Below are positions 9,415 through 18,417 of a stretch of DNA of 64,000 nucleotides, piece by piece. Origin of the DNA: Nitrosopumilus sp. (GTDB lineage: Archaea; Thermoproteota; Nitrososphaeria; Nitrososphaerales; Nitrosopumilaceae); NCBI GenBank assembly GCA_965249555.1, contig OZ252243.1, forward strand, positions 1,280,001-1,344,000. Reading direction: 5' to 3'. A program made the position numbers and the translations under genes. The notes beneath the pieces are model-generated. The model was not told where the DNA came from. It saw only the letters and a program-made list of their open reading frames with translations, and ran no database searches. The first letter of the stretch is position 1, and each line of letters opens with the position of its first letter.

Positions 9415-10254
9415 CTAAACTGTTAAATTTGACCTTAGGCCCAGATCAAGAAACAAACTCCCATTCTCATTATAGTGTCTTTCAATCTTCCATGTCCCAT
9501 TCTTATCATACTGATTTGAAGATTTCTTTTTCCCATTCTCATGATATTGATCTTCTCTAGATAATTGTCCATTATCATGATATTCTTTATACAATTCCCT
9601 TTTTCCATTCTCTTGCCATTGTGATTCAAATCTTAATTTCCCATTTTCATAATATTCTTTTTTCCATTCCACGTTCTTATTTTCATTGTATTTTATTTCA
9701 ACTTTCAATTTTCCATTCTCATGATAGACTTTTTCCCATTTCAATTTCCCATTTTCATAGAATTCAGTTTCATCTTTTAATTCCTCATTTTCATGATATC
9801 GTTTACGCCATTTAGCATTCCCATTCTTATGGAATTCTGCTTCATCTCTCATTTTCCCATTCTCATGATAGATTTTTTCCAATTTCTTATTCTCATTTTC
9901 ATAGAATTCTATTACACATTTCAATTTCCCATTCTCATCATAACTATTACTATATTTTATATTTCCATTATCTTGGTATGTTTTTTCACCTTGTAATTTT
10001 CCATTTTTATAATACATTATTATAAATTCTATATTTCCATTCTCATGGTATTTCTTTTCATAACATAATTGTCCATTGTCATAAATCTGTTTTCTCCATG
10101 TCTTTTTTCCATTCTCACTATATCGTAATTCATAATTTAATAGTCCATTGTCATAATACTGTTTTTCCCATTCTCTACTTCCATTCCTACGAAAATGTAT
10201 TTCAGCTTTCAATTCCCCATTTTCATGATATTCTTTGTAAGGTTGTTTTCCCAT
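9415..10254 (-). CDS. MORN-variant repeat protein (YwqK antitoxin-like)
   Basis: about ten tandem ~24-aa repeats of the form Y(H/Y)ENGKL..E..Y.ENG. Confidence 0.85.
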   Translation of the reverse strand: MGKQPYKEYHENGELKAEIHFRRNGSREWEKQYYDNGLLNYELRYSENGKKTWRKQIYDNGQLCYEKKYHENGNIEFIIMYYKNGKLQGEKTYQDNGNIKYSNSYDENGKLKCVIEFYENENKKLEKIYHENGKMRDEAEFHKNGNAKWRKRYHENEELKDETEFYENGKLKWEKVYHENGKLKVEIKYNENKNVEWKKEYYENGKLRFESQWQENGKRELYKEYHDNGQLSREDQYHENGKKKSSNQYDKNGTWKIERHYNENGSLFLDLGLRSNLTV

Positions 10255-10747
10255 GATTGATCCTATTAGTTTGATAATCTAGTAATATTAGACTATTGTT
10301 AATATTTTGATTAGATGTTGATGGATTCAGTAATTTAGGCTCAAAATTAACAGTAATACTAACTCTAGTTTTAACTCTAAAATTCTAATTCCAGTTTGTT
10401 AAAGTGCTGCACATTTTAGATTTAGATTTTTGTTTGGATTTTTTCTTTGATTCAATCTCATCTAATCTTTGTTTTTTGGCTTGTTTTTCTAATCTCAATT
10501 TCTTAGTACTAATGACATTCCAAGAATTATCATAATAATGATAGTCATAATCGATGATATACTCCAACCAAAAAGTCCACTAGTCCTGTAAAATCTGGAT
10601 TGAATGGAGAGGGGGTTTATCCATACATTGAGCATTGATCCTCAATAGACCAGTTCCAAAAAACTGTTAATTTTGAATTTTCATGCCCAATTTAGATACA
10701 AAACATATTGGAAAACTGTTAAATTTCACACAGATTTTTACTCCTTT

Positions 10748-10869
10748 GGAGGAGTAATCAAGCCTGGCCAAAGTAAGCACTTTGTGCTTTTGGACATGCA
10801 GGACTTAAGATCAAATAATGGGTGATCCTGTCTTTCAGGAGTTCGCGGGTTCAAATCCCGCCTCCTCCA
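10748..10869 (+). tRNA. tRNA-Leu(TAA) with two introns (10774-10795 in the D arm at 22/23; 10810-10824 at 37/38)
   Basis: removing both BHB-bounded introns gives GGAGGAG/CTCCTCC acceptor, ATC/GAT D stem, CAGGA-CTTAAGA-TCCTG anticodon arm, long variable arm, TTCAAAT T-loop. Confidence 0.88.
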
Positions 10870-10874
10870 TTATT

Positions 10875-11261
10875 CTATTTTGGATGTTTGATTCCTCTAG
10901 CGTTTAGAACTTCGTAAACATCTGGCAGTGAAAACACAAAACCAACATGTACACAATCTTTTTCTTCACAAAGCTGGCAGAACAGTTCTCCTTTCTGAAC
11001 TGCAACTTCTGCGATTCTATCTTTGATATTATCTTTTAGTATTACACGATCATCATCTACAGAAATTTTTTCAATCTTTGGAGCATATCTTGCAAAGGTC
11101 TTGTCCTTCTGCATCATCCCCTCTAACATGTAAGTTACATAACCTGAAAAGCTGTTGACACCTTTCATTGCAAGGTTGTCTTTACTCTTTAGAAAAACAT
11201 CATGGAATTTATCATAAACAGTCTCTGAAACGGTAATTGATTTGAATCCGGCTTTTGGCAA
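10875..11261 (-). CDS. hypothetical protein with RHH-like N-terminus and C-terminal Cys/His motif
   Basis: FKSITVSETVYDK N-terminus; CxxC..CxH near the C-terminus; TTG start. Confidence 0.8.
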   Translation of the reverse strand: MPKAGFKSITVSETVYDKFHDVFLKSKDNLAMKGVNSFSGYVTYMLEGMMQKDKTFARYAPKIEKISVDDDRVILKDNIKDRIAEVAVQKGELFCQLCEEKDCVHVGFVFSLPDVYEVLNARGIKHPK

Positions 11262-11400
11262 TTTACTTTTCCTTACCGTACAATAAGGTACTCAAGTATA
11301 TAATGTTTTATTTTGAAGGTGCTGTGGAAGTTGACTGTTGATAATATGCCTGTCACCCTTCTGTGTATTGGGTTACTCTTACATGGTACCATAAACTAGT

Positions 11401-12521
11401 ATGAAAGAATACATCTCAAGAGAAGAAAGAGCACAAAAACTCCTAGAGAATACAAATACCCATATCCTTAGAATTAATGACAGACACTTTCAACTCAAAT
11501 CACTTGCAACTAATCGAATCTATGATATAATGACAAAACTGCACAAGTGGTCTTGCACCTGTGCTGATCACAAGTATAGATTTGTAGAGTGTAAACACAT
11601 CAAAGCAATCAGAATTAGTATAGAATTAAAACAAGAAGCAAGAAAGAGAAACAAGGTTACAATCAGTCCACCATCAACTAATGAGTGCAGATACTGTTAT
11701 TCTGCTAATATCAAAAAATATGGAATCCTCAAAAACAAGTATGGAAATGTTCAGAGATACATCTGTAGAGGTTGTTCTAAGACATTCACATTTAATGCAG
11801 GATTTGAAGGGATGTGTTCTAGTCCTCAAACAATAACATCTGCATTACAGCTATATTTCACAGGCGAATCTCTTAGAAGCATACAGAAATTCTTGAAAAT
11901 AATACATGGAAGGAAGTATCACACAAGACAATCCACGTTTGGGTCAAAAAATACACAAAACTCATGGAAGATTATCTTGAAAATATCATTCCTTAAGTTG
12001 GTGACACATGGCGAGCTGACGAGGTTTACGTCAAGGTCAAGGGCGATAAAAAATACCTCTTTGCCCTAATGGATGATGAGACTAGATTTTGGTTTGCTCA
12101 AGAAGTAGCAGATTCCAAGTTCAAGCATGATGCAAGAAATCTCCTCAGAAAAGGAAAAGAAGCTATGCAGACAAAACCTAGAGTCTTTGTTACAGATGGG
12201 TTGCCAGCATATCATGATGCTTTCAAAAAGGAATATGGTGCAGTAAAAAAAGGCTCACCAATTCACATCAGACACATCTCTTTGAAAGGTGACAAAAATA
12301 ATAACAAAATGGAGAGGTTAAACGGAGAGTTGCGAGACAGGGAAAAGGTGATGAGGGGAATCAAAAAGAAAAACTGTAATCTTTGATGGCTGTCAGCTTT
12401 ATCACAATTATTTCAGACCTCATATGACCCTAAAGGGAAAGACTCCTGCCGAAGCCTGTGGGATTGAGATCAAGGGAACAATAAATGGATAACAGTAATT
12501 CAGAATGCTTGTAAAAAGTGA
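11401..12521 (+). pseudogene. degraded IS6-like DDE transposase (SWIM finger, Zn ribbon, DDE)
   Basis: CTCAD..CKH SWIM, CxxC..CxxC, WRADEVYVKVKG, VTDG, MERLNG, HNYFRPH and KTPAEA spread over several frames; frameshifts near 11905, 12375 and 12478; in-frame TAA near 11994. Confidence 0.88.
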
Positions 12522-12566
12522 ATAAACACCCATTAATGAATACCTTATATCCGTAAGTGAGATATA

Positions 12567-13037
12567 ATGGAATTACGTATGAATAATGTGGATGAATTAG
12601 ACCGTGTTGTTGTCCTCATAAATGAAATGACCATTAAGGGAAATACACGTATACAAAAATATGGATTTTTGATGCATAAACTTTATTCTAAAGAATTACA
12701 TGGATTAAATTTCTACACCTATTGGAAACCTTATCTTTATGGACCATACAGTGAAGAATTAAGAAATGATTTAGAAACTTGTATAGACCAAAATTTAGTT
12801 ACAAAATTTATGAGTCCTACAACTACAGGACGTCAATTTTCAAATTATACTTTAACTACGAAAGGCAGAATGGCATTACGAAGAATTGCTGGCGATTATA
12901 ACATAATTAAAGAACTATATGAAAAGTTTACACAACTAAATAAAAAACCAATTACATCTGTTTTGAAAGAGATCTATCTTGCATATCCAGAATATACTGT
13001 GAAAAGTGAGATTAAAGAAACTATTGTGAATGATTAA
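12567..13037 (+). CDS. Panacea/SocA (DUF4065)-like antitoxin-type protein, IS passenger
   Basis: GxTRIQK..FL and PYLYGPYSEEL motifs. Confidence 0.65.
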   Translation: MELRMNNVDELDRVVVLINEMTIKGNTRIQKYGFLMHKLYSKELHGLNFYTYWKPYLYGPYSEELRNDLETCIDQNLVTKFMSPTTTGRQFSNYTLTTKGRMALRRIAGDYNIIKELYEKFTQLNKKPITSVLKEIYLAYPEYTVKSEIKETIVND

Positions 13038-13614
13038 ACTTGAATTTGTATTTTATTCTGGTTAATTGAATTACAAAATGTGTTACAGGAGAAAATGCGA
13101 CAATTCCGATAATTATAAGTAAAATAGGAAAATTATCTGCAAAAAATCCAGTTGTTGCAAATGCTCCTGTTATGAACAAAGAACCCATGCAGAATATGTC
13201 TATGAGTATTCCATTTTGATTATTACCTTTTCTACGTCTTTTTACATCCGCTAATGCAATATGAAGTGACGAAATATAATCTGCAATCCATCGCACATTA
13301 TCTTTAAGGAATAGATTTTTATCTACTAGTTTTTCTTGATTTTCTAATTCACTTTCTATATCATCTCGTATGCTTTCAATTCTTTCTTCATGTCTTTTGT
13401 CGATGTAGACAAATCGTATTGTTAGTAAAATTCCTATAAATGTGATAGCACTACCAATTATGGCAAAAATTCCTACATTCCATGATATATTTTCAGATCC
13501 ATTTTGAGTGGAATCTGTCATATTTGTCGAAATAGTAGAATCTGTAACATCTTGTGCAAAAACAGGAAAAATCAAAGAGAACCCAATTAGAAAAAACAAG
13601 GATAGTTTAAGCAA
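13021..13614 (-). CDS. membrane protein, IS passenger
   Basis: signal peptide plus about three TM helices and a coiled segment. Confidence 0.7.
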   Translation of the reverse strand: MLKLSLFFLIGFSLIFPVFAQDVTDSTISTNMTDSTQNGSENISWNVGIFAIIGSAITFIGILLTIRFVYIDKRHEERIESIRDDIESELENQEKLVDKNLFLKDNVRWIADYISSLHIALADVKRRRKGNNQNGILIDIFCMGSLFITGAFATTGFFADNFPILLIIIGIVAFSPVTHFVIQLTRIKYKFKFNHSQ

Positions 13615-13805
13615 AGTATGATTAAATCAGAATATCTTTCAGTTAAACCTTATGTGTAATCACGCCAAATGTATTTGCATTTTCTCAACAACAGAAATGT
13701 AACAAGAAATCATTCTAAATCATATCAACAGCCAAGGTGACAGCACCATTTTGAAGGCGTTAGATGAAAATTAGTCTTTATACAATACCTTAATCAAAAA
13801 GCACT

Positions 13806-14699
13806 ATGGGTCGAGGCTATTCAACTGAAGAAATTAGAAAAAAACTGATTTTGACTTTGGCTGATTCTAAGACTGGAATGTCTGGAGTTGAGATTTCTGA
13901 AAAAATGAATGTCAATCGAATTACTATGGGAAAGTATCTCAAGGTTTTTGCAGTTGAAGGATTACTCCGACAAAAAAATATTGGAAACATTACATTATGG
14001 TTTTTAGAACCAGGACAAGAATCTTACAACTTTCCTGATGATTATTTCAAAATAACTCCCAAGTATCTTAATTATTTAATCAAAGGTTCTGAAGACCAAG
14101 TTTACTCTCTAATTCGTAACTGTCTGCATTCTGGAGCAACAGTAAATCGTTTGATACTTGAAGCAATTTTACCTGCCATTAATTCTGTCAAGAATTTGTA
14201 TGATGATGGTAAGATTGGGACATCTGAGCAAAATCTTCTCAGAACCACCATTTCAAAATCTCTTCAAATCTTTAATCAACTTCAAGTTGACTTGGATCCA
14301 AAAAAGAACGTAGTTGTAATATCCTCTGATACCCAAAGCCTCTTGTTTTCTGAAGCAGCATCATCTGCATATCATTCTGATGGCTGGAATGTTTCTCACT
14401 TGGGTGACATGTCTTCTGTAATCAATGTCTTGTTTGATCTTGATTTTCAAAAATTGATTGGAAAAGTTTGGAAACAAAAACCAGGAATTTTGATAGTAGT
14501 TGTATTCTCACAAACTGATGAAGGTCTGAACTTTTTTGCAGACGCTATAAATCCAATTAAAGAAAAATATGGAAAACATATGAAATTGGTACTTTGTGGA
14601 AGTACGTCCAAAAAGACTAAAATTGATTCTGATCTATTTTCTGAAAAATTTGAGGATATTCTGCAATGGTCTCAAACAGTATCTGAAAATATGAAATAA
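13806..14699 (+). CDS. HTH regulator with degenerate B12-binding cap and Rossmann-like domain
   Basis: N-terminal wHTH (MSGVEISEKMNVNRITMGKYL); ILPAINSVKNLYDDGKIG resembles the B12-binding_2 four-helix cap; GWNVSHLG segment. Confidence 0.7.
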   Translation: MGRGYSTEEIRKKLILTLADSKTGMSGVEISEKMNVNRITMGKYLKVFAVEGLLRQKNIGNITLWFLEPGQESYNFPDDYFKITPKYLNYLIKGSEDQVYSLIRNCLHSGATVNRLILEAILPAINSVKNLYDDGKIGTSEQNLLRTTISKSLQIFNQLQVDLDPKKNVVVISSDTQSLLFSEAASSAYHSDGWNVSHLGDMSSVINVLFDLDFQKLIGKVWKQKPGILIVVVFSQTDEGLNFFADAINPIKEKYGKHMKLVLCGSTSKKTKIDSDLFSEKFEDILQWSQTVSENMK

Positions 14700-14708
14700 A
14701 TGACAAAA

Positions 14709-14783
14709 TGGGCCCGATGTGATTCGAACACATGACCTTTCGATTATCAGTCGAACGCTCCAGCCAAGCTGAGCTACGAGCCC
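14709..14783 (-). tRNA. tRNA-Ile(GAT)
   Basis: GGGCTCG/CGGGCCC acceptor, TTCGA-CTGATAA-TCGAA anticodon arm, TTCGAAT T-loop. Confidence 0.96.
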
Positions 14784-15283
14784 ACGAACAATTCTCTAGG
14801 CAAGAGTCATTTAAATTTAATTTTCTTTCCACTTGATTGAACAGCCAATTGACGGATCAAAATCCTTTTCAATTTTTTCACCTGACAATAATTTTTGCAT
14901 ATTGTTAATCATTGTTTTTTCTGTAACTGCATCATCAGGCTTCATGGCATTATCAATTCTTCCATGAAAAACTAACTGTTTTTGGCTATTAAACAAGAAT
15001 GGGTCTGGAGTACACATTGCACCATATCTCTTGGCAATCTCTTGTGTTTCATCTACCAAATAATCAAATCCAAATCCTTTCTCTTCTGCTGTTTGTTTCA
15101 TAGCATCAAAACTATCCTCAGGATAATCAGTAGAATCATTACTGTTAATTCCTATAATGGCAATCTCTTTTCCAAATTTTTCATAGAGCTCATTTAATGC
15201 ATCAACTTTTGCTTTAACATATGGACAATGATTACACATGAAAATTACTAGAATTCCTTTGAAATTACCATAATCATTTAGAG

Positions 15284-16725
15284 GTATGAATCAAGCACTT
15301 AGATGTATTTTGCCATCTCAGAAAACATGTTCAATTCCCTTATTCTCCATGTCTCAAAGCATGTGAGAAAGACTGAGATCATCCTCATGCCCTGATCACT
15401 CTTCATCTGCCCGCGAACATTCCTCTGCATCACGCACTTTCGAATGGAATTCTCTGCATCATTGTTAGTTGACGGGACATCGCCATCCATGACAAACGTA
15501 AACATGCTGTTCCTTGCAGTCTTTAGCTTCTTGCCAAACTGAACCATCTCCATATCACCTTTCAAATATCGTGCAATGATACGGTCTAGCTGTTTTAGTA
15601 AATCATCCCTGTACGTTTCCCGCCGTTTTGTATGACGATTACCTACACTCCAAACCCTGGCATGACCTAGCATATCTGAGAGTTTCTCGTATAGAATCCT
15701 TGCCTTTTTGTCCTGTGATTTTATTGCCAGATATTTGGCATCGCGCTGCAGGTGTGCAGTGCATCTCTGCTTTGTGTTATCACAAAATACTGTCCTGTAC
15801 GGAGCATATCCGTCAGACACTAGGGTTCCTTTGAATTTCTTCCAGTACTTTTTTAGAACATTGGCACCTCTGCTGTACTCCAAGGCATACTGTGCACTAG
15901 TCTTGCTTCTTGCAACCCACATCCATCCAGTATTTCCATCAATTGAAAATCCTGTCTCATCGATTCCGAGAATATTTTCAGTCACGATTTCGCTGTGGAT
16001 TGTATTGTAAAATGACTCTAACATCACACTACCGTTGCGAAGAATGGATTGTACGGTTGTATTGCTGATTTCTAATCCATATCTTTCATAGAGTGTGGTT
16101 CTGATAGCATCGTATGTCAATCTCTTTGAGAACAGTGAGACGACCTCACGTATCACTGAACCATCAAAACATCCATGTAGTGGAAGGTTTCCCGTGGTTT
16201 GAAAATTATCAGAACAGTCCATGCAGATGTATTGATTCAAAACATGCTCAGTTATACCGTAGGGTGTTGGTGGAGGAATCTCAACCATTATCCTTTTGCA
16301 GGTTTTGGTTTGATGAATATTTTCACTACCGCATTTGGGACATGCATCTGATCTGTGGTGTTTGGTGCTAGTTGGTCTGAATTTCTGTGTCTTGCCAACG
16401 TGTCCTGCTATTCCACCACGTCTTGATTTGCCTGGCTGTCTGTGTTGTCTTTTTTGCTTTCTCCATTCAAGGGAATTCTTTGATGGCGGAGAGTGTGCAT
16501 TCTCATAATATGACAGCTTTTTTTGCAGTTCCTTGTTTGATTCTATGAGATTTTCTATGATTAGCGGTAGTTGTTTTAACTTTTCTTGCAGTTGTTTTAT
16601 CTCTGCTTGTAGCTGTATGATGATTTTCTCATGACCACAACCTGACATGTTTTGTATGATGATTTAGTTGATCTTAGATCTTTTTGTGTAATGATATTGA
16701 TTTGTGCGTGAAGGTTGATACATAC
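15284..16725 (-). mobile_element. IS66-family element, single-ORF (ISBst12-type), copy 1, 1442 bp
   Basis: IR GTATG(A/T)ATCAA at both ends; 8-bp TSD ATTTAGAG at 15276-15283 and 16726-16733. Confidence 0.93.
15299..16648 (-). CDS. IS66-family transposase (TnpC-like)
   Basis: coiled coil, HSPPS, GGIAGHVG, CPKCG zinc finger, IDET, VSDGY, QRCTAHL, TNNDAENSIR. Confidence 0.93.
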   Translation of the reverse strand: MSGCGHEKIIIQLQAEIKQLQEKLKQLPLIIENLIESNKELQKKLSYYENAHSPPSKNSLEWRKQKRQHRQPGKSRRGGIAGHVGKTQKFRPTSTKHHRSDACPKCGSENIHQTKTCKRIMVEIPPPTPYGITEHVLNQYICMDCSDNFQTTGNLPLHGCFDGSVIREVVSLFSKRLTYDAIRTTLYERYGLEISNTTVQSILRNGSVMLESFYNTIHSEIVTENILGIDETGFSIDGNTGWMWVARSKTSAQYALEYSRGANVLKKYWKKFKGTLVSDGYAPYRTVFCDNTKQRCTAHLQRDAKYLAIKSQDKKARILYEKLSDMLGHARVWSVGNRHTKRRETYRDDLLKQLDRIIARYLKGDMEMVQFGKKLKTARNSMFTFVMDGDVPSTNNDAENSIRKCVMQRNVRGQMKSDQGMRMISVFLTCFETWRIRELNMFSEMAKYI

Positions 16726-16901
16726 ATTTAGAGAGTGTTTTTTGTCATCAATTCCTAATAATTCAAAATCAGGTGCAATATCCCCTGCTTTTAGCTTGAC
16801 TTGTGATTCTAAAAGTACCATGTAGAAACTATCTTGTTTTCAAATAAAATTCTTGTCAAGAAGACAACAATTAAAATCCACAGATTAACCATTCTTCGTA
16901 T

Positions 16902-16975
16902 GGGCCGGTAGTATAGCCTGGTAGTATACCCGCCTTGCACGCGGGGGGTCACGGATTCGAATTCCGTCCGGTCCA
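16902..16975 (+). tRNA. tRNA-Ala(TGC)
   Basis: GGGCCGG/CCGGTCC acceptor with G3:U70, CCCGC-CTTGCAC-GCGGG anticodon arm. Confidence 0.96.
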
Positions 16976-17052
16976 CTTTTTATCATCTCCGATCTATGCT
17001 GAATTTCAGACTGCCGGATGGATTTAAATAGGATAAGTTCCGGTTTTACTCT

Positions 17053-17154
17053 ATGACAAGCGCAGCAGATGGATGGCCAGTATTTATTCCGCTCATTGTT
17101 GGTTTAGCACCAGGTTTGATTTACTGGATAGCAATTACCGCAAAGAGAAAATAA
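17053..17154 (+). CDS. 33-aa single-TM small protein (not in ORF track)
   Basis: MTSAADGWPVFIPLIVGLAPGLIYWIAITAKRK; TTTAAATA about 24 nt upstream; T-rich terminator downstream. Confidence 0.7.
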   Translation: MTSAADGWPVFIPLIVGLAPGLIYWIAITAKRK

Positions 17155-17238
17155 AACTTACATCTTTTTAATCTCTTTTTATTATTTCATATGATAGTGT
17201 AGACTAGGTTAAACGTAGTTACCTTTCTTGTCCACTAT

Positions 17239-18351
17239 ATGATATGTTACACAAAATTAAACTACTATCTCAAAGAAATCTGTATGCAGAAACTTGTTCC
17301 AAGTGTCTTTCTGATTTTACTCCTAGTTCCATTCTCACAAGCATTCTCTCAAGAATATTCAGACAATGCTCCCACACTCTCTGTATCCCTACAAAATGAA
17401 AGTCCTTTTGTATATCAGGACTCTGAGGGATATACCGTTGTAGTTGGGGTAGTTGAAAACACCAATTCACTGACTCCTGTAACTAATGTTAGAATTCAAG
17501 TGAACTTTTTTGATGATTTTGATTCTACTCCATTAGAAGCCCTAGTTGGCTATACCACACTCCAAGTGATTCCTCCTAATGGGCAATCTCCATTTGCTAT
17601 ACGTTCTGATACCCCAAATCCTAACATCACTCAGGCATCCATATCCCTTTTGGGATTTGATTCTTCAACATCAAAGTCAAAGGAACTTACAGTATTTTCT
17701 ACTGAGGTCTTTTTAGGTTCCACATTACAATTTTCTGGAGTTTTACGAAATGGAGGAGCTCCAAGTGCTGATACTAAAGTTCACCTTGCTTTCTATGATG
17801 GTTTTGAGCCACCACGAATACTTGGCGTCTCTACTATAGAACTTGGTAATATGGAACTAAACACTGAAGTTACTTTTGATCTTGATGAGAAAATTGATTC
17901 AAGAGCTGTAGGTGTTTTGTTATTTGCAGAATCTAGTGTTTTTTATTCTGATTTTGTTGATATAGCAATTTCTCCTTCTCAAGCCCATACAAAATTAGTA
18001 ATAATTTCTGATGTTAGTGTAGAAGATACAATGGGAAACAAACTATCTGAAATTCCAGTAGATTCAATTGTTAACATAAAAAGTAAAACTTTGATACAGT
18101 TTGCAGCAGATCAAGAATCTGACGAAACTGCATATACCTATTATGTACAAATCAAAGAATCTGGAGAAATGCCTTATGTTGAGTATATTGGAGAATTTGA
18201 TGGACGATTCATTGGAACAGGATTAGAAACTCAAAGCATAGACTGGATTCCAGAAAAAAAGGGATTATTTTTCATTGAGACATTTGTTTGGGATAAAAAC
18301 AACGTTCCAATAGCAGAACGTGGTCCTTTTGTTCTAATTATTGTAACCTAG
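17239..18351 (+). CDS. secreted Ig-like (FxLYD-type) domain protein
   Basis: signal peptide (likely start 17284), VVGVVEN..VRIQVNFFD, IPPNGQSPF. Confidence 0.75.
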   Translation: MICYTKLNYYLKEICMQKLVPSVFLILLLVPFSQAFSQEYSDNAPTLSVSLQNESPFVYQDSEGYTVVVGVVENTNSLTPVTNVRIQVNFFDDFDSTPLEALVGYTTLQVIPPNGQSPFAIRSDTPNPNITQASISLLGFDSSTSKSKELTVFSTEVFLGSTLQFSGVLRNGGAPSADTKVHLAFYDGFEPPRILGVSTIELGNMELNTEVTFDLDEKIDSRAVGVLLFAESSVFYSDFVDIAISPSQAHTKLVIISDVSVEDTMGNKLSEIPVDSIVNIKSKTLIQFAADQESDETAYTYYVQIKESGEMPYVEYIGEFDGRFIGTGLETQSIDWIPEKKGLFFIETFVWDKNNVPIAERGPFVLIIVT

Positions 18352-18417
18352 ATTTAAAATCAAAACATATCTCAAAATCACACACCATTTAAATTCAAAA
18401 AGAATCTGCTGTAATGA

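Larger units (their letters stand above)
11318..13747 (+). mobile_element. IS6-family-like element (2430 bp) with two passenger genes
   Basis: imperfect ~25-bp IRs (GGTGCTGT-N5-TTGACTGTTGATA versus reverse complement GGTGCTGT-N4-TTGGCTGTTGATA) flanked by the 8-bp TSD ATTTTGAA (11310-11317, 13748-13755). Confidence 0.85.
14817..16821 (-). pseudogene. AhpC/TSA thioredoxin-family protein interrupted by IS66
   Basis: removing the IS and one TSD copy restores a 184-aa ORF: MVLLES..APDFEL..KHSLN|DYGNFKGILVIFMCNHCPYV..GCSIKW. Confidence 0.9.

Noticed and set aside
14617-14832. 71-aa ORF in the track
   Set aside because: Runs through tRNA-Ile; spurious
15628-16371. Antisense ORFs as IS66 tnpA/tnpB accessory genes
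   Set aside because: They overlap the transposase on the opposite strand and lack HTH or TnpB features; the element is fully occupied by one ORF
9287-16975. Provirus or ICE integrated at the tRNA cluster
   Set aside because: No integrase, no duplicated tRNA 3' end (att) found by eye, no virion genes
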